Of a DNA stretch of 51,247 nt, positions 31,037 through 42,388 are shown one piece after another. The notes beneath the pieces were generated by a model. The model had not been told where the DNA came from. It did not search any database and worked only from the letters and a program-made list of their open reading frames with translations. Made by a program: the position numbers and the translations under genes. Position 1 is the first letter of the stretch; each line of letters opens with the position of its first letter. The DNA is from Candidatus Dadabacteria bacterium (GTDB lineage Bacteria; Bdellovibrionota_C; UBA2361; J046). The stretch spans positions 1 to 51,247 of the forward strand of contig RFHI01000104.1 of NCBI GenBank assembly GCA_003696425.1, given 5' to 3'.

Positions 31037-32053
31037 TTAACGATCACCCCTTGCTCTCATGTTGTCTAATGCCTCACGTGAAGGGAAATTTTCCAGCTTC
31101 ATACCCAGCTGCAGACCCATTTCACTGAGAATTTCTTTTATCTCGTTAAGCGATTTACGACCAAAATTCTTTGTTCTAAGCATTTCAGCCTCTGTCTTCT
31201 GTACAAGTTCGCCTATGTATTTAATATCAGCATTTTCAAGACAATTGGCACTTCTTACACTTAACTCGATCTCCTCAATAGGCCTAAACAGGTTTTCGTT
31301 AAGTTTCTCTTTTGGCTCCTCTACAATCTTCTCTTCTTCTTCTACTATTAGACCCTCACCTACAAATAGGCCCAGCTGATCCACCAGAATATGAGCTGCT
31401 TGCGCTACCGCACTACGAGGATCGATACTGCCATCTGTCCATATCTCCATAGTTAACTTATCGTAGTCAGTCCGTTGCCCCACTCTAGCATTCGTTATAT
31501 TATGATTTACCCGGCGAATTGGCGAAAAAATCGAATCAACAAAGATAGTCCCCATTGGAGCACCTTCCACTTTATTACGTTCAGCCGAAACATATCCACG
31601 ACCAGTCTTCACTGTTACCTCCATGTTAAGACTGGCTCCAGCATCGAGCTTTGCAACATGAAGATCAGGATTAATTACTGTTACAGCCGGGTCGCCGCTA
31701 AGCATACCCGCTGTAATGTTACAGGGACCAGTAGCAGAGATTCTCAAAACCGCCTCATTCTTGTCTTCCATTCGCGTGACGATCTGTTTCAAATTCAAAA
31801 CTATCTCGGTAACGTCCTCTAAGACACCCGGGATAGTCGAAAACTCGTGTTTAACTCCATCAATCAAAACAGAGGTAACAGCAGATCCCTGTAACGACGA
31901 GAGCAACACCCTTCGGAGACTGTTTCCGATAGTCAAACCAAAACCACGCTCAAGCGGCTCAGCCACGAACTTGCCGTAGCGATCATCACCGGTCTTTTCT
32001 TCAACCTCTATCCGCTTTGGTTTTATAAGATCCTGTAGACTGATTCGTAGCAT
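31037..32053 (-). CDS. rpoA: DNA-directed RNA polymerase subunit alpha
   Basis: 338 aa. The N-terminal domain has [30 protein letters not shown]. The C-terminal domain has [26 protein letters not shown]. Confidence 0.97.
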   Translation of the reverse strand: MLRISLQDLIKPKRIEVEEKTGDDRYGKFVAEPLERGFGLTIGNSLRRVLLSSLQGSAVTSVLIDGVKHEFSTIPGVLEDVTEIVLNLKQIVTRMEDKNEAVLRISATGPCNITAGMLSGDPAVTVINPDLHVAKLDAGASLNMEVTVKTGRGYVSAERNKVEGAPMGTIFVDSIFSPIRRVNHNITNARVGQRTDYDKLTMEIWTDGSIDPRSAVAQAAHILVDQLGLFVGEGLIVEEEEKIVEEPKEKLNENLFRPIEEIELSVRSANCLENADIKYIGELVQKTEAEMLRTKNFGRKSLNEIKEILSEMGLQLGMKLENFPSREALDNMRARGDR

Positions 32054-32087
32054 CTATCTGCCCCTTAACTAAATAAGTTAACAAAAA

Positions 32088-32714
32088 CTATCTTGAATAA
32101 AGCTCAACAATTAACTGTTCATTAATACTCTGGGATAACTGATCACGGGTTGGCAAAGCACTAACAGTTCCCTTTACCCCCTGCTTATCAAGACTTAACC
32201 ACTCAGGTATCATTCGGCTCTGTGCACTTTCCATGGCCGCATTAACCATCGGATGCTTCTTAAATTTCTCTGCCACTTCAACAACGTCACCTACTGATAC
32301 AGCATATGAAGGAATAGTTACCCGCTTTCCATTAACTAATATATGACCATGACTTACCATCTGACGAGCCTGTCTGCGTGATATTCCAAACCCGAGCCGA
32401 TAAACAATGTTATCAAGCCTGGTTTCAAGCCCCACTAGCATTTGTGTACCAGTTACCCCCTTGGTCCGAGCAGCCCTTTCAAAATACTTCCGGAAACTCT
32501 TCTCAAGCAAACCATAGCTTCTTTTAACTTTCTGCTTTTCCCTTAACTGCACTTTATAGTCAGAGTATGACTGCCTGCCACGACCATGTTGGCCTGGTCC
32601 GCCCTCCCTGCGCTCGACAGCGCACTTATTGGTAAAACATCGCTCTCCTTTTAAAAAGAGCTTTTCACCTTCCCGCCGACAAAGCCTGCACACAGGACCA
32701 CAGTATCTAGCCAT
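32088..32714 (-). CDS. rpsD: 30S ribosomal protein S4
   Basis: MARYCGPVCRLCRREGEKLFLKGERC...RLDNIVYRLGF... Confidence 0.97.
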   Translation of the reverse strand: MARYCGPVCRLCRREGEKLFLKGERCFTNKCAVERREGGPGQHGRGRQSYSDYKVQLREKQKVKRSYGLLEKSFRKYFERAARTKGVTGTQMLVGLETRLDNIVYRLGFGISRRQARQMVSHGHILVNGKRVTIPSYAVSVGDVVEVAEKFKKHPMVNAAMESAQSRMIPEWLSLDKQGVKGTVSALPTRDQLSQSINEQLIVELYSR

Positions 32715-32733
32715 CTACAATTCCTCGCTTACT

Positions 32734-33132
32734 CTAAACTCTTCTACTCTTACGCGGACGGCAACCGTTGTGCGGCACAGGAGTTACATCCTTAATACTT
32801 GTCACACTCAGCCCGGCTGCTGCTATCGCCCGCAGCGCTGACTCACGCCCAGCCCCAGGTCCTTTCACCAGGACAGAAACAGAGCGAACTCCGTACTCCT
32901 TAGCCTTATTGGCTGCTACCTCCCCTGCCACCTGAGCTGCAAAGGGGGTAGATTTTCGCGACCCTTTAAAGCCATTACAACCACCACTTGACCAACTTAA
33001 AACTGCACCGGTCGGATCAGTAATGGTAACTATGGTGTTATTAAATGTCGCATGAATGTGGGCTATCCCACTTGGCACATTCTTCTTAATCTTCTTCTTT
33101 TTCTTTCCAGATTTGCCTTTAGCTTCTGCCAC
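32734..33132 (-). CDS. rpsK: 30S ribosomal protein S11
   Basis: [21 protein letters not shown]...[14 protein letters not shown]... Confidence 0.97.
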   Translation of the reverse strand: MAEAKGKSGKKKKKIKKNVPSGIAHIHATFNNTIVTITDPTGAVLSWSSGGCNGFKGSRKSTPFAAQVAGEVAANKAKEYGVRSVSVLVKGPGAGRESALRAIAAAGLSVTSIKDVTPVPHNGCRPRKSRRV

Positions 33133-33159
33133 TTTCAGTTCCTGTCTAAAAAATATAAA

Positions 33160-33543
33160 CTACTTCTTCACGGCCTTTTTCTTGCCAGCGACTGCCTGAC
33201 GCTTCGGCCCCTTACGAGTACGTGCATTTGTCTTCGTACGCTGTCCGCGCACCGGCAGTCCGCGACGATGTCTGAGACCACGATAACAACCGAGATCCAT
33301 CAGGCGCTTAATGGACATTTGCACCTCACGGCGCAAATCACCTTCAACCTTTTCACGCGATTCAATAATGTTGCGTATAGCTGCAACCTGATCATCGCTT
33401 AGAGCATCTGTACGCACATCGAAGTCTACACCTGCTTCCTTTAAAATATTTCGGGAAGTAGTCAACCCAATTCCATAAATGTACGTAAGCGCCCGCTCAA
33501 TACGCTTATTACGTGGTAAATCAACTCCTGCTATACGTGGCAT
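33160..33543 (-). CDS. rpsM: 30S ribosomal protein S13
   Basis: [26 protein letters not shown]...[24 protein letters not shown]. Confidence 0.97.
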   Translation of the reverse strand: MPRIAGVDLPRNKRIERALTYIYGIGLTTSRNILKEAGVDFDVRTDALSDDQVAAIRNIIESREKVEGDLRREVQMSIKRLMDLGCYRGLRHRRGLPVRGQRTKTNARTRKGPKRQAVAGKKKAVKK

Positions 33544-33567
33544 TTGTTCCCCATCACAAACTAATTA

Positions 33568-33684
33568 TTAACCCTGCCGCTGCTTATGCTTGGGAGTACG
33601 GCTGCAAATCACAAAGACCTTCCCTTTACGACGTACAACCTTACAATAAGCACAAATCGGTTTTACTGATGCTCTAACTTTCAT
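33568..33684 (-). CDS. rpmJ: 50S ribosomal protein L36
   Basis: Not in the ORF track (38 aa). The minus strand translates to [38 protein letters not shown] (zinc-ribbon type), immediately upstream of rpsM. Confidence 0.93.
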   Translation of the reverse strand: MKVRASVKPICAYCKVVRRKGKVFVICSRTPKHKQRQG

Positions 33685-33898
33685 AATAACCACTCAAATT
33701 ACAAATTATTATTGTAGTATCCAGCTTTACTGCGACAGCAGGGCCTGTTGGACCATAGCACCGCAGGTACAATTAAACCGCACCGCCCTGGCTGTGGCAG
33801 CTTGAAGCTGCTAGCGGAGGCGATAACCCCTCTAATTTCGGGATAATACAGGGTTGCGGCCACTGCCGAACCATTTAACACACCCGAACGGACGTTAC

Positions 33899-33927
33899 AG
33901 GCTACAATTTTTTAAAAATAATCTCAA
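33899..33927 (-). promoter_or_regulatory. putative rpmJ-rpsM-rpsK-rpsD-rpoA-rplQ promoter TTGAGA-N17-TAGCCT
   Basis: The minus strand reads TTGAGAttatttttaaaaaattgTAGCCT in an AT-rich stretch about 215 nt upstream of rpmJ. Confidence 0.3.
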
Positions 33928-34048
33928 TAGGTTCAGATAAAAATCTCAAAAAAACAGCATGATTTGTAACGCAGCAGACACCTGTGATTAGCCCCTGTAT
34001 GCTGACCTGGGCCTTGCCCAGTCATTTAACGTTTTATAGTAATTTTAA

Positions 34049-34627
34049 CTACTTATGAGAAGGGTCGCTAAGTGCCTTATCAATCCTAGCCCGGACCTCT
34101 TCAATAGTCCCCAGACCATCAAGTTCTAACAGTTCACCCCTCTTTTTATAGTACTCAGCTACCGGGGCAGTCTGCTCATGGTAGACTTTTAACCTTTTCT
34201 TTACCACATCCTCATTGTCATCGCTGCGGCCAGAGCCCGCACTGGCGCGCCCCATAATTCTCTCCATTAACACTGAATCGGGAACTTTAAGAAGCAGTAC
34301 ATGCGTCAAACCCTTACCGAGACTCTCTAGCATACCGGTAAGCGCTTCCGCTTGTGGCACTGTGCGAGGAAAGCCGTCTAAAAGAAACCCTCTATCACAA
34401 TCGGGCCTTGTAATCCGCTCTTTAATTATATCAATAATCAGATCATCAGGAACAAGTGCACCACTATCCAGGTAAGAACTGACACGTTGGCCGAGCTCTG
34501 ACCCGCTACTAACGGCAGCACGAAGCATCTCACCGGTGGATATATGCGGTATATTATTCGATTTGGCAATCTGCTCTGCTTGCGTCCCCTTTCCGGCACC
34601 CGGCGGTCCTAGAATTACCACTCTCAT
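34049..34627 (-). CDS. adk: adenylate kinase (short-LID type)
   Basis: MRVVILGPPGAGKGTQAEQIA...ISTGEMLRAAV...GFLLDGFPRT. Confidence 0.95.
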   Translation of the reverse strand: MRVVILGPPGAGKGTQAEQIAKSNNIPHISTGEMLRAAVSSGSELGQRVSSYLDSGALVPDDLIIDIIKERITRPDCDRGFLLDGFPRTVPQAEALTGMLESLGKGLTHVLLLKVPDSVLMERIMGRASAGSGRSDDNEDVVKKRLKVYHEQTAPVAEYYKKRGELLELDGLGTIEEVRARIDKALSDPSHK

Positions 34628-34682
34628 ATGCCAGCGCTCCTACTTTATCATCTATAAACAATATGAGTTGCCCGAATAACAC

Positions 34683-36023
34683 TCAACGCCTTAGAATTCT
34701 CCTACGAGCGTAACTCATCGATCCTATCCCACCGCGCTTCTTAGAGCTTTTACTCATAAAGGCCTCATAATTTCGCGCTACAACATATGACTCGATCTGC
34801 GAAGCTGTATCCAGCGTAACTCCAACAGCAATAAGGATTGCTGTGCCACCAAAAACATATGCAAACTGTTCAGCTCCCATTTCAAAATAAAATAACTGCG
34901 GCACCACACATACAATCGCTATGTAAATAGACCCCCATACAGTTAAACGATTTAAGACTGCATAAAGATAATCAGCTGTCTGCTTACCGGGACGAACAGT
35001 AGGGATAAAACCACCATTTTTTTTCAGGTTCTCTGCCATCTCTTCCGGATTAAAGATTATAGCAGTATAAAAAAAGCTGAACAGAATAATAAGAGCCACA
35101 AATATTACTGTATAACTCCAAGTACCAGGTTGCACCCAGGCGCCTAAATCTTCAAAAAACTCGTTGGGGCTAAAGCTTGCAATAGTTGCAGGCACAACCA
35201 GAAAAGATGAGGCAAATATAGGAGGAATTACACCGGCCATGTTAACTTTAAGAGGCATATACTGTGTCTGGGCCTGTGCCAGGTTTTTTCCTACCATGCG
35301 ACGCGGATATTGAATAGGAATCTTGCGGTGCGAGCGCTCAACAAAGACTATTGCAGCAACCGTCAAAATACTAAAAGCAATTAAAAGAAGCCCTGAAAGC
35401 GGCTGTATTTCACCCTTATCAATTAAATCGGCCGTAAGCGCCAATACCTGTGGCATTCTGGCAACAATACCTGCAAAAATTAAAATACTTATACCGTTAC
35501 CAATTCCCTTTTCAGTAATTTGCTCACCAAGCCACATCAAAAAGGCAGTACCCGCCGTCAGCGATATGATAGCTCCAATTCTGAATGTCCAACCGGGGAC
35601 TATCACCAATCCTTGCTTCTCAAGACCAAACGAGATAGCCATGGACTGCAAGATCGCCAAAAGAATTGTGCCCTGTCTGGTATAACGGGTAAGCACCCTG
35701 CGACCGGCTTCGCCCTCTTTCTTTAGTGCTTCAAGGGCGGGGATAGTTGGGGTTAGCACCTGTATAATAATTGAAACGCTAATGTAAGGAATAATACCTA
35801 GCGTGAATATAGAAAAATTCTCAAGAGATCCTCCTGAGAACATATTTATCATACCGAAAAGGGTCCCCCCTCCGGTATCAAACATTTTCCTTAAAGCATC
35901 AACATCAATACCAGGAGTTGATACAAATACCCCGAAACGGTAGACAGCCAGCATTAACAGAGTAAAAACTATTCGCTTACGAAGCTCAGGAATTTTACCT
36001 ACATCTCCAAGACCGCCTATCAT
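34683..36023 (-). CDS. secY: preprotein translocase subunit SecY
   Basis: 446 aa, 10-TM profile with FSGGSLENFSIFTLGIIPYISVSIIIQ and the RYTRQGTILLA motif. Located between rplO and adk. Confidence 0.97.
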   Translation of the reverse strand: MIGGLGDVGKIPELRKRIVFTLLMLAVYRFGVFVSTPGIDVDALRKMFDTGGGTLFGMINMFSGGSLENFSIFTLGIIPYISVSIIIQVLTPTIPALEALKKEGEAGRRVLTRYTRQGTILLAILQSMAISFGLEKQGLVIVPGWTFRIGAIISLTAGTAFLMWLGEQITEKGIGNGISILIFAGIVARMPQVLALTADLIDKGEIQPLSGLLLIAFSILTVAAIVFVERSHRKIPIQYPRRMVGKNLAQAQTQYMPLKVNMAGVIPPIFASSFLVVPATIASFSPNEFFEDLGAWVQPGTWSYTVIFVALIILFSFFYTAIIFNPEEMAENLKKNGGFIPTVRPGKQTADYLYAVLNRLTVWGSIYIAIVCVVPQLFYFEMGAEQFAYVFGGTAILIAVGVTLDTASQIESYVVARNYEAFMSKSSKKRGGIGSMSYARRRILRR

Positions 36024-36099
36024 TTACAGAACTCCTGGTAACCAGTTTAAGACAGTAACCTTTCTAGACCCTCTTTGCGGCTGGATACACATGTAATTT

Positions 36100-36597
36100 T
36101 TAGCTGACTTCATCTGCCGAATTTTGGCCACTCAGCTTCACAAGTTCGACGTTGCCACCAGCTGCTTCAACTTTCTTGCGAGCACTTTCAGAAATTGCCT
36201 GAACCCGAACAGTTATTTTTTTACTTAGCTCTCCACACCCAAGCAGCTTAACACCGGCACGTTCTTTAGAGCCAGCCTTAATTCCAAGCAACTTCAGAGA
36301 GCCGCTATCAAACACCGCGCCGTCATCAAGCCTGTTAAGATCAGAAACATTAACAATCACATAACGATTGAGCCCTAAAACACTCTTTCGTGACCTGAAG
36401 CCTACCTTAGGCACCCGCCGGTAAAGTGGCATCTGCCCACCTTCAAAGCCTATACGCACCTTTCCTCCGGATCTGGACATTTGTCCCTTTTCTCCACGCC
36501 CACTGGTACGGCCCCAACCGGAAGCATTGCCTCGTCCGACTCTCTTTCTTTTGGAATTACTCCCTCTCGGTGCTTTTAAATTAGAAAGCTCAAGCAT
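36100..36597 (-). CDS. rplO: 50S ribosomal protein L15
   Basis: MLELSNLKAPRGSNSKRKRVGRGNASGWGRTSGRGEKGQ... Confidence 0.95.
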   Translation of the reverse strand: MLELSNLKAPRGSNSKRKRVGRGNASGWGRTSGRGEKGQMSRSGGKVRIGFEGGQMPLYRRVPKVGFRSRKSVLGLNRYVIVNVSDLNRLDDGAVFDSGSLKLLGIKAGSKERAGVKLLGCGELSKKITVRVQAISESARKKVEAAGGNVELVKLSGQNSADEVS

Positions 36598-36620
36598 AAT
36601 ATAATTTCTCCCGCAGTACT

Positions 36621-36809
36621 TTACACCTTTCTTACTTCTACCAGATGGCTTACTTTTCGAATCATTCCACGTAACGGCGCATTCAAATCATGAGTTGCAC
36701 TTTTCCCAATTCGCCCCAATCCTAGAGCTTTAAGCGTGTCACGAACGCGCTTATTGCGCCCACTAACACTCCTTATTTGCCTGACATTAACTTTAAGATT
36801 TTCTGTCAT
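36621..36809 (-). CDS. rpmD: 50S ribosomal protein L30
   Basis: MTENLKVNVRQIRSVSGRNKRVRDTLKALGLGRIG... ATG at 36809 with SD GGAG is preferred over the track's TTG at 36821. Confidence 0.93.
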   Translation of the reverse strand: MTENLKVNVRQIRSVSGRNKRVRDTLKALGLGRIGKSATHDLNAPLRGMIRKVSHLVEVRKV

Positions 36810-36826
36810 AACCAGCTCCAAGGTTT

Positions 36827-37363
36827 TTAATAAATATGGTAATCAAGTTGCTCAACCGGTATGCGTCTTACATTAGAATACATTTCAGCAGTTTTCAGCG
36901 ACAGCAGCCCTGCAAATACCGCCTGCACAACATTCAAAGGATTGTTAGAACCTATACACTTTGTCCTGATATCATGCAGCCCAGCCGCTTCAACCACAGC
37001 TCTGGCAACCGAACCGGCAATTACTCCTGTACCCGGCTTGCCAGGTTTCATAACAACCTGTGACGGACCATGGCGTCCGATAATTTCATGGGGAATAGTT
37101 GCTCCCACTATCGGCACTCTAATTAAGCTTTTCCGAGCAGCTTCAGCTCCCTTTCTGATTGCTTCCGGGACCTCGGAGGCTTTACCGAGCCCAAAACCGA
37201 CATGACCCTGACCATCACCGCTTACAACCAGTGCGCTAAAGCTAAATCTCCGGCCCCCCTTAACAACTTTGGCAACGCGATTAATAAAGACTGTTTTATC
37301 TTTCAGTTCGCCACACTCTGAGGGGAGCACTCTGCGCTCTGCAATTATTTGTTTAATATCCAT
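36827..37363 (-). CDS. rpsE: 30S ribosomal protein S5
   Basis: ...[48 protein letters not shown]... The start is either ATG 37363 (MDIKQ...) or TTG 37375. Confidence 0.95.
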   Translation of the reverse strand: MDIKQIIAERRVLPSECGELKDKTVFINRVAKVVKGGRRFSFSALVVSGDGQGHVGFGLGKASEVPEAIRKGAEAARKSLIRVPIVGATIPHEIIGRHGPSQVVMKPGKPGTGVIAGSVARAVVEAAGLHDIRTKCIGSNNPLNVVQAVFAGLLSLKTAEMYSNVRRIPVEQLDYHIY

Positions 37364-37384
37364 ATGCCCGACCAAATGCTAATG

Positions 37385-37795
37385 TTAAATCTTTATACCA
37401 GCTTCACGAGCACCATCAGCAACTGCCTTTGTGCGTCCGTGGTAAATATATCCATTACGATCAAAAACTGCCTTTTCAATGCCTTTCTCTTTGAGACGTT
37501 CAGCTAACACAATCCCTACAGCCTTAGCTGCCAAAACACTCTTTGAACTCTTGTGTGCAGCGTGCAAGTCATCTGCCGATACCTGGTCTAGCTTCTCCAA
37601 CACACCTGCTTCACGAGTTGAAGCTGCTGCAATTGTCCGATTACTCTGATCGGAAATAGCTTGCACATAGGTATGCCTGGCACTTTTAAAAACTGAAAGA
37701 CGTGGCTTGTCGTCAGTGCCACTTACTTTTTTGCGTACCGACAGCTTACGTCTCTGTCGCGGAGTTAATTTTAATTGTTTGCTTCTAATAGCCAT
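37385..37795 (-). CDS. rplR: 50S ribosomal protein L18
   Basis: ...RLSVFKSARHTYVQAISD...VFDRNGYIYHGRTKAVADGAREAG. Confidence 0.95.
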   Translation of the reverse strand: MAIRSKQLKLTPRQRRKLSVRKKVSGTDDKPRLSVFKSARHTYVQAISDQSNRTIAAASTREAGVLEKLDQVSADDLHAAHKSSKSVLAAKAVGIVLAERLKEKGIEKAVFDRNGYIYHGRTKAVADGAREAGIKI

Positions 37796-37820
37796 TTTAC
37801 TTTACCATTACAGAAATATT

Positions 37821-38354
37821 TTACTTGCCTGTCTTACCAGCCTTGCGACGAATAGTCTCTTCAGCATACTTAATGCCTTTGCCAAGATAAGGCTCAGGCG
37901 GCTGAACCTTACGAATTCGTGCAGCAAATTGCCCAACTGCCTCTTTTGAGCACGATTCAAGCTCAATTGTCCCTTTTCCTACTTTACAGGTAACATTTTC
38001 CGGTATACGCAGGGTGACATCATGAGAAAAGCCGACCGATAATACCAGTTCTTGGCCTTTCTGCTGGGCATTAAATCCGACACCATTAAGTTCAAGCTTA
38101 CGCTGCCAACCCCGAGTAACACCCAAAACCATGTTGTTCAAATGCGCTCTGGTGGTCCCATAGTCAGCACGGGTCTGCTTGTCACTTCCCCGTGGCTTAA
38201 CCACCAGAGTATTATCCACCAGTGACACCTCAATATTTGGTTTCAGGTGATACTCCAGCTTCCCCTTGGGCCCCTGGACACTTACCACCCCTTTATCAAC
38301 AGAGGCCTGTACTCCTGATGGTATCTCTACCGGTAATTTTCCTATTCTAGACAT
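37821..38354 (-). CDS. rplF: 50S ribosomal protein L6
   Basis: MSRIGKLPVEIPSGVQASV...ELNGVGFNAQ...PYLGKGIKY. Confidence 0.96.
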   Translation of the reverse strand: MSRIGKLPVEIPSGVQASVDKGVVSVQGPKGKLEYHLKPNIEVSLVDNTLVVKPRGSDKQTRADYGTTRAHLNNMVLGVTRGWQRKLELNGVGFNAQQKGQELVLSVGFSHDVTLRIPENVTCKVGKGTIELESCSKEAVGQFAARIRKVQPPEPYLGKGIKYAEETIRRKAGKTGK

Positions 38355-38365
38355 CTTTGCCCTCT

Positions 38366-38767
38366 CTATCCTACCTGAGCCAGAACTTCTCCACCGATCT
38401 TCCGTTTACGCGCTTCTCTATCGGTCATAACTCCCTGCGAAGTAGAAACTATTACCACTCCCAGTCCATTAAAAAGACGTGGCAAATCATCAACCCCGGA
38501 ATATATACGTCTGCCTGGTTTACTGATTCGATCAATAACAGTCATTGCCGGCTCACCAGTGGGGTAATACTTTAAAACCACCTCAAACTGGTCAAATTTT
38601 CCATCTCTATCTTTTACTTGCTGATAACTATCAATATAGCCTTCTTGTTTAAGCACCTCCAGTATAGCCCTACCAACTTTAGAGGAGTTCACCCTAACAG
38701 CACGGTGGCCGGCCCTCTGCGCATTTCTAAGGCGAGTTAATAAATCAGCGATTGAATCAGTTGCCAT
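38366..38767 (-). CDS. rpsH: 30S ribosomal protein S8
   Basis: DSIADLLTRLRNAQRAGHRAV...GLGVVIVSTSQGVMTDREARKRKIGGEVL. Confidence 0.96.
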   Translation of the reverse strand: MATDSIADLLTRLRNAQRAGHRAVRVNSSKVGRAILEVLKQEGYIDSYQQVKDRDGKFDQFEVVLKYYPTGEPAMTVIDRISKPGRRIYSGVDDLPRLFNGLGVVIVSTSQGVMTDREARKRKIGGEVLAQVG

Positions 38768-38785
38768 CTCTCCCTCTTTTATTTT

Positions 38786-38971
38786 CTACCAGCTTGCCTT
38801 GGTAACACCGGGTATCATGCCACGATGGGCAAACTCCCTAAAACAAATCCTGCACAAGTTAAATTTACGATATACACTTCTCGGCCTGCCACACACCTGG
38901 CAGCGCGAGTATTCCCTTACCTTAAACTTCTGCTTCCTTTTGCACTTTTCAATTAAGCATTTTTTTGCCAT
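38786..38971 (-). CDS. rpsN: 30S ribosomal protein S14, type Z (zinc-binding)
   Basis: 61 aa. [46 protein letters not shown], with CxxC...CxxC. Confidence 0.95.
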   Translation of the reverse strand: MAKKCLIEKCKRKQKFKVREYSRCQVCGRPRSVYRKFNLCRICFREFAHRGMIPGVTKASW

Positions 38972-38989
38972 TTACTTCACTCCATTAAC

Positions 38990-39529
38990 TTACTTTCTAA
39001 AGGGCATTCCCAATGCCTCAAGCAATGCCCTGCCCTCTTCATCACTTTTTGCACTTGTGACAAACGTGATGTCCAATCCGCGCACCTTGTCAATCTTATC
39101 AATATTGACTTCAGGGAAAACGATCGCTTCTCTAACACCAAGCGTGTAATTACCCCTGCCGTCAAAACCCTTGCGCGGAGTACCGCGAAAATCGCGTACA
39201 CGAGGTAATGCAACAGAGACAAGTCTATCAAAAAACTCGTACATTCTCTTCTGCCTAATAGTCACCTTACAACCGATTGGCATACCCTCTCGCAGCTTAA
39301 AATTAGCTATAGATTTACGGGCACGAGTTACAACCGGCTTCTGGCCACTGATCTGGGTCAAAATATACTGAGCCTGCTCAATGGCCTTACCATTGGCAAT
39401 AGCTTCGCCAACACCCATATTTAAAACAATCTTTTCAAGTCTGGGCACCTGCATAGGTGAGGAATACTTAAACTCCTCCTTAAGCTTTGGTACCACCTGC
39501 TCCTGATATTTTTTTAAAACACGTGTCAT
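38990..39529 (-). CDS. rplE: 50S ribosomal protein L5
   Basis: ...[15 protein letters not shown]...[11 protein letters not shown]...[11 protein letters not shown]... Confidence 0.96.
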   Translation of the reverse strand: MTRVLKKYQEQVVPKLKEEFKYSSPMQVPRLEKIVLNMGVGEAIANGKAIEQAQYILTQISGQKPVVTRARKSIANFKLREGMPIGCKVTIRQKRMYEFFDRLVSVALPRVRDFRGTPRKGFDGRGNYTLGVREAIVFPEVNIDKIDKVRGLDITFVTSAKSDEEGRALLEALGMPFRK

Positions 39530-39549
39530 AACTTCTACTCTACAAGCAA

Positions 39550-39930
39550 TTAATCCGCCAACTGAACAAACTCTCCACTCTCTGGATCTTTATACCCCCG
39601 AACCTTCTTACCATCCGCCAAAAGCTGGTGCTTAATTCTTACCGGCTTTTTAATTTTCTCAACGTAGTACATTACATTTGAAATGTGTATACCTGCTTCC
39701 TGCTGAACCTGTCCGGACGGTTTGTCAGGCGCGGTCTGACGGCGATTTTTTGTCACTAAATTTAACCCCTCAATTATCACCCGGTCACGCTTCTTACCGG
39801 CAAATCGTACAATTTTACCTACCTGCCCCTTCAATGGCCGTTTATGCTTGTTGCCTCCTGCAATTACCATAACCGGATCGCCTTTTTTCAGGCTGCTTAC
39901 AACTCTTCTTACTCTTTTACCACCCTTCAT
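39550..39930 (-). CDS. rplX: 50S ribosomal protein L24 (with terminal extensions)
   Basis: [27 protein letters not shown]... is a KOW motif. The ATG overlaps the rplN stop (ATGA). Confidence 0.93.
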   Translation of the reverse strand: MKGGKRVRRVVSSLKKGDPVMVIAGGNKHKRPLKGQVGKIVRFAGKKRDRVIIEGLNLVTKNRRQTAPDKPSGQVQQEAGIHISNVMYYVEKIKKPVRIKHQLLADGKKVRGYKDPESGEFVQLAD

Positions 39931-40298
39931 CAGAGCACCTCCGGAGCTAATGAGACAATTTTCATAAATTTTTTACCCCTGAGCTCTCTGGCAACGGGGC
40001 CAAAAATACGAGTTCCAATCGGCTCTTTCTGAGCATTAATGAGCACCGCACTGTTATCATCAAACTTTATAAGTGAGCCGTCTTCTCTTGCCACCTCCTT
40101 GGCAGTTCTAACAATAACTGCTTTTTGCAGAGAGCCCTTTTTAATTTTTGAGTTAGGCAAAGCTTCACGTACTGCTACAACGACTATATCACCAACGGAA
40201 GCAAATCGCCGACGCGAGCCACCCAAAACTTTCACACAGACCACTTTGCGGGCCCCTGAATTATCTGCAACATCAAGCACCGATTTCATCTGTATCAT
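39930..40298 (-). CDS. rplN: 50S ribosomal protein L14
   Basis: [43 protein letters not shown]... Confidence 0.97.
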   Translation of the reverse strand: MIQMKSVLDVADNSGARKVVCVKVLGGSRRRFASVGDIVVVAVREALPNSKIKKGSLQKAVIVRTAKEVAREDGSLIKFDDNSAVLINAQKEPIGTRIFGPVARELRGKKFMKIVSLAPEVL

Positions 40299-40328
40299 CG
40301 GTTTTTCTCCCGAGTAAAATCTATAGCC

Positions 40329-40628
40329 TTAAACCTGCACCGCCTTAACTAATATTTTCTGAACCCGCCAACGCTTCTTCTTACTTAAAGGACGAGTCTC
40401 AACAATTCTAACGCGGTCACCTTCAGTGCACTCATTACGCTCATCGTGAGCAAAGTATTTTTTTGTACTTCTAACAAATTTTCCATACTGCTTGTGGCGC
40501 ATCTGCCTGGTAATAGCAACTACGGCCGTTTTATCCATTTTACTACTAACAACAATCCCCTCACGCACCTTGGGCAAACCCCGCTGCCTGTTCTTTTGTG
40601 CTGCTTGTTCTTCTGTCGCGACGTTCAT
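40329..40628 (-). CDS. rpsQ: 30S ribosomal protein S17 (N-terminal extension)
   Basis: ...[42 protein letters not shown]...[18 protein letters not shown]. Confidence 0.95.
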   Translation of the reverse strand: MNVATEEQAAQKNRQRGLPKVREGIVVSSKMDKTAVVAITRQMRHKQYGKFVRSTKKYFAHDERNECTEGDRVRIVETRPLSKKKRWRVQKILVKAVQV

Positions 40629-40646
40629 CTTATTAAGTCCTCCCTG

Positions 40647-40871
40647 TTATGCTGACCCTGTTGCTTCTGACTGCTTTCGGGCAATCACTGTCTTCACTCG
40701 CGCCAGGTTACGCCTGGCTTCCTTTAACCTGTGAGAGTGCTCCAACTGACCCGATGCCTGGCGAAAGCGCAGTCTCAATAACTCTTCCCCCAGCTCGCGG
40801 GCCCGCAATTTCAATGCCTCTACAGGCAACTCGTTAATTTCTCTCATAAATTCACTTCGCTTCATCTTCAA
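40647..40871 (-). CDS. rpmC: 50S ribosomal protein L29
   Basis: ...[51 protein letters not shown]. Confidence 0.93.
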   Translation of the reverse strand: MKMKRSEFMREINELPVEALKLRARELGEELLRLRFRQASGQLEHSHRLKEARRNLARVKTVIARKQSEATGSA

Positions 40872-40880
40872 TACAATCCG

Positions 40881-41306
40881 TTACAAAATGGTACTCCTGC
40901 GTACAACTATCCTGGTTTTAACCGGCAACTTCGACGCCGCCCGCTCTAAAGCAGCACGAGCAACCTTTTCAGACACACCAGTAATCTCGTACATAATCCT
41001 ACCTGCCCGAACTTCCGCGACCCACTTTTCAGGTGAGCCCTTACCCTTACCCATACGAGTTTCAGCAGGTTTTGAAGTTAACGGCTTATCAGGAAAAATC
41101 CTGATCCACACCCTACCACCGCGCTTGGCGTGCCTGGTCATTGCCACACGTGCAGCTTCTATCTGCCGATTGGTTATCCATCCAGCCTCAATAGCTTTTA
41201 AACCATAATCACCAAACTCAAGTGTACAACCGCGCGTCTCGACACCTCTCAGGTGCCGTAGCTGCTTCATCTGCTTCCTGTATCTCGGTTTTTTTGGCGA
41301 AAGCAT
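40881..41306 (-). CDS. rplP: 50S ribosomal protein L16
   Basis: [21 protein letters not shown]...[34 protein letters not shown]. Confidence 0.97.
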   Translation of the reverse strand: MLSPKKPRYRKQMKQLRHLRGVETRGCTLEFGDYGLKAIEAGWITNRQIEAARVAMTRHAKRGGRVWIRIFPDKPLTSKPAETRMGKGKGSPEKWVAEVRAGRIMYEITGVSEKVARAALERAASKLPVKTRIVVRRSTIL

Positions 41307-41328
41307 TTTCTACTTTATCCTTTAAATT

Positions 41329-41991
41329 CTAAAGTTGCATAGCTTCAACCGGCACTTGTTCACCCGGCCCAAATTTCTCACCTTTAAATATCCAGACTTT
41401 GACACCAAGAATACCGTAGGTAGTCTTAGCCTCAGCAAAACCATAATCAATATCAGCCCTTAAGGTGTGCAGCGGAATCCTGCCCTCTTTATACTGCTCA
41501 CGCCTGGCTATCTCAGCACCATTAAGTCTGCCAGCAACACTAACCTTAATTCCCTCTGCTCCCATTCGCAGAGCACGCGTTACAGCCTCTTTCATAGCGC
41601 GTCTGAAATTAACCCTGCGCTCAAGTTGAAAGGATATATTTTCAGCTACAAGCTGTGCATCCATGTCGGCTTTACGTGCCTCTATAATGTTTAAGCTTAC
41701 ATCCCGCCGTACCAAGTTTTTCAACCTGCTGCGAAGTTCTTCGATATCCTTACCCTTTTTACCAATGACCAGACCGGGCTTAGCAGAAAATATATTTATG
41801 CGCACACGTGCAGCAGCCCTCTCAATCTCAATTCTTGAAATTCCGGCATTATGAAGCTTGCTTTTAACGTATTTTCTAATTTTCATGTCCTCATTAATGT
41901 AGCGCCCGAATTCTTTGTTGGCATACCAACGCGAACGCCAGGTATCAATTACACCAATTCGAATGCTTCGCGGATGAACTTTCTGCCCCAT
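41329..41991 (-). CDS. rpsC: 30S ribosomal protein S3
   Basis: [24 protein letters not shown]...KH domain...[30 protein letters not shown]. Confidence 0.97.
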   Translation of the reverse strand: MGQKVHPRSIRIGVIDTWRSRWYANKEFGRYINEDMKIRKYVKSKLHNAGISRIEIERAAARVRINIFSAKPGLVIGKKGKDIEELRSRLKNLVRRDVSLNIIEARKADMDAQLVAENISFQLERRVNFRRAMKEAVTRALRMGAEGIKVSVAGRLNGAEIARREQYKEGRIPLHTLRADIDYGFAEAKTTYGILGVKVWIFKGEKFGPGEQVPVEAMQL

Positions 41992-41994
41992 ATT

Positions 41995-42366
41995 TTATCT
42001 CTCTCCTACTATGACTGTAATCCTGGAAGACCTTTTACGAATTGGTGTTGCCCTACCCTGAGCTCGCGGCATGTAGCGCTTCATTGTTCTGCCCATATTT
42101 ACCCAGCCACCAGTAACCCACAAATCATCAACGTTCGCTCCTTTGTGCTCACGAGCATTAGCGATTGCTGAAGTCAAAAGCTTGTGTAATATTCTGGCTC
42201 CCTTGCGGGGGCTCAGTCTTAAAATATGCAGAGCTGGTTCAACCTGCTTGCCCTTAATCATATTAAGCACAAGCCGTGCTTTACGCGGCGCAATCCTAAC
42301 CTGGTTAAGCGTTGCCCGTGCAAGATATTTTCTATCATTTTCGTTGTTGTTATTTTTACCGCTCAC
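41995..42366 (-). CDS. rplV: 50S ribosomal protein L22
   Basis: ...ARATLNQVRIAPRKARLVLNMIKGKQVEPALHIL...RAQGRATPIRKRSSRITV. Confidence 0.95.
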   Translation of the reverse strand: MSGKNNNNENDRKYLARATLNQVRIAPRKARLVLNMIKGKQVEPALHILRLSPRKGARILHKLLTSAIANAREHKGANVDDLWVTGGWVNMGRTMKRYMPRAQGRATPIRKRSSRITVIVGER

Positions 42367-42388
42367 AGTTCAAGCTCCTAAAAACTCT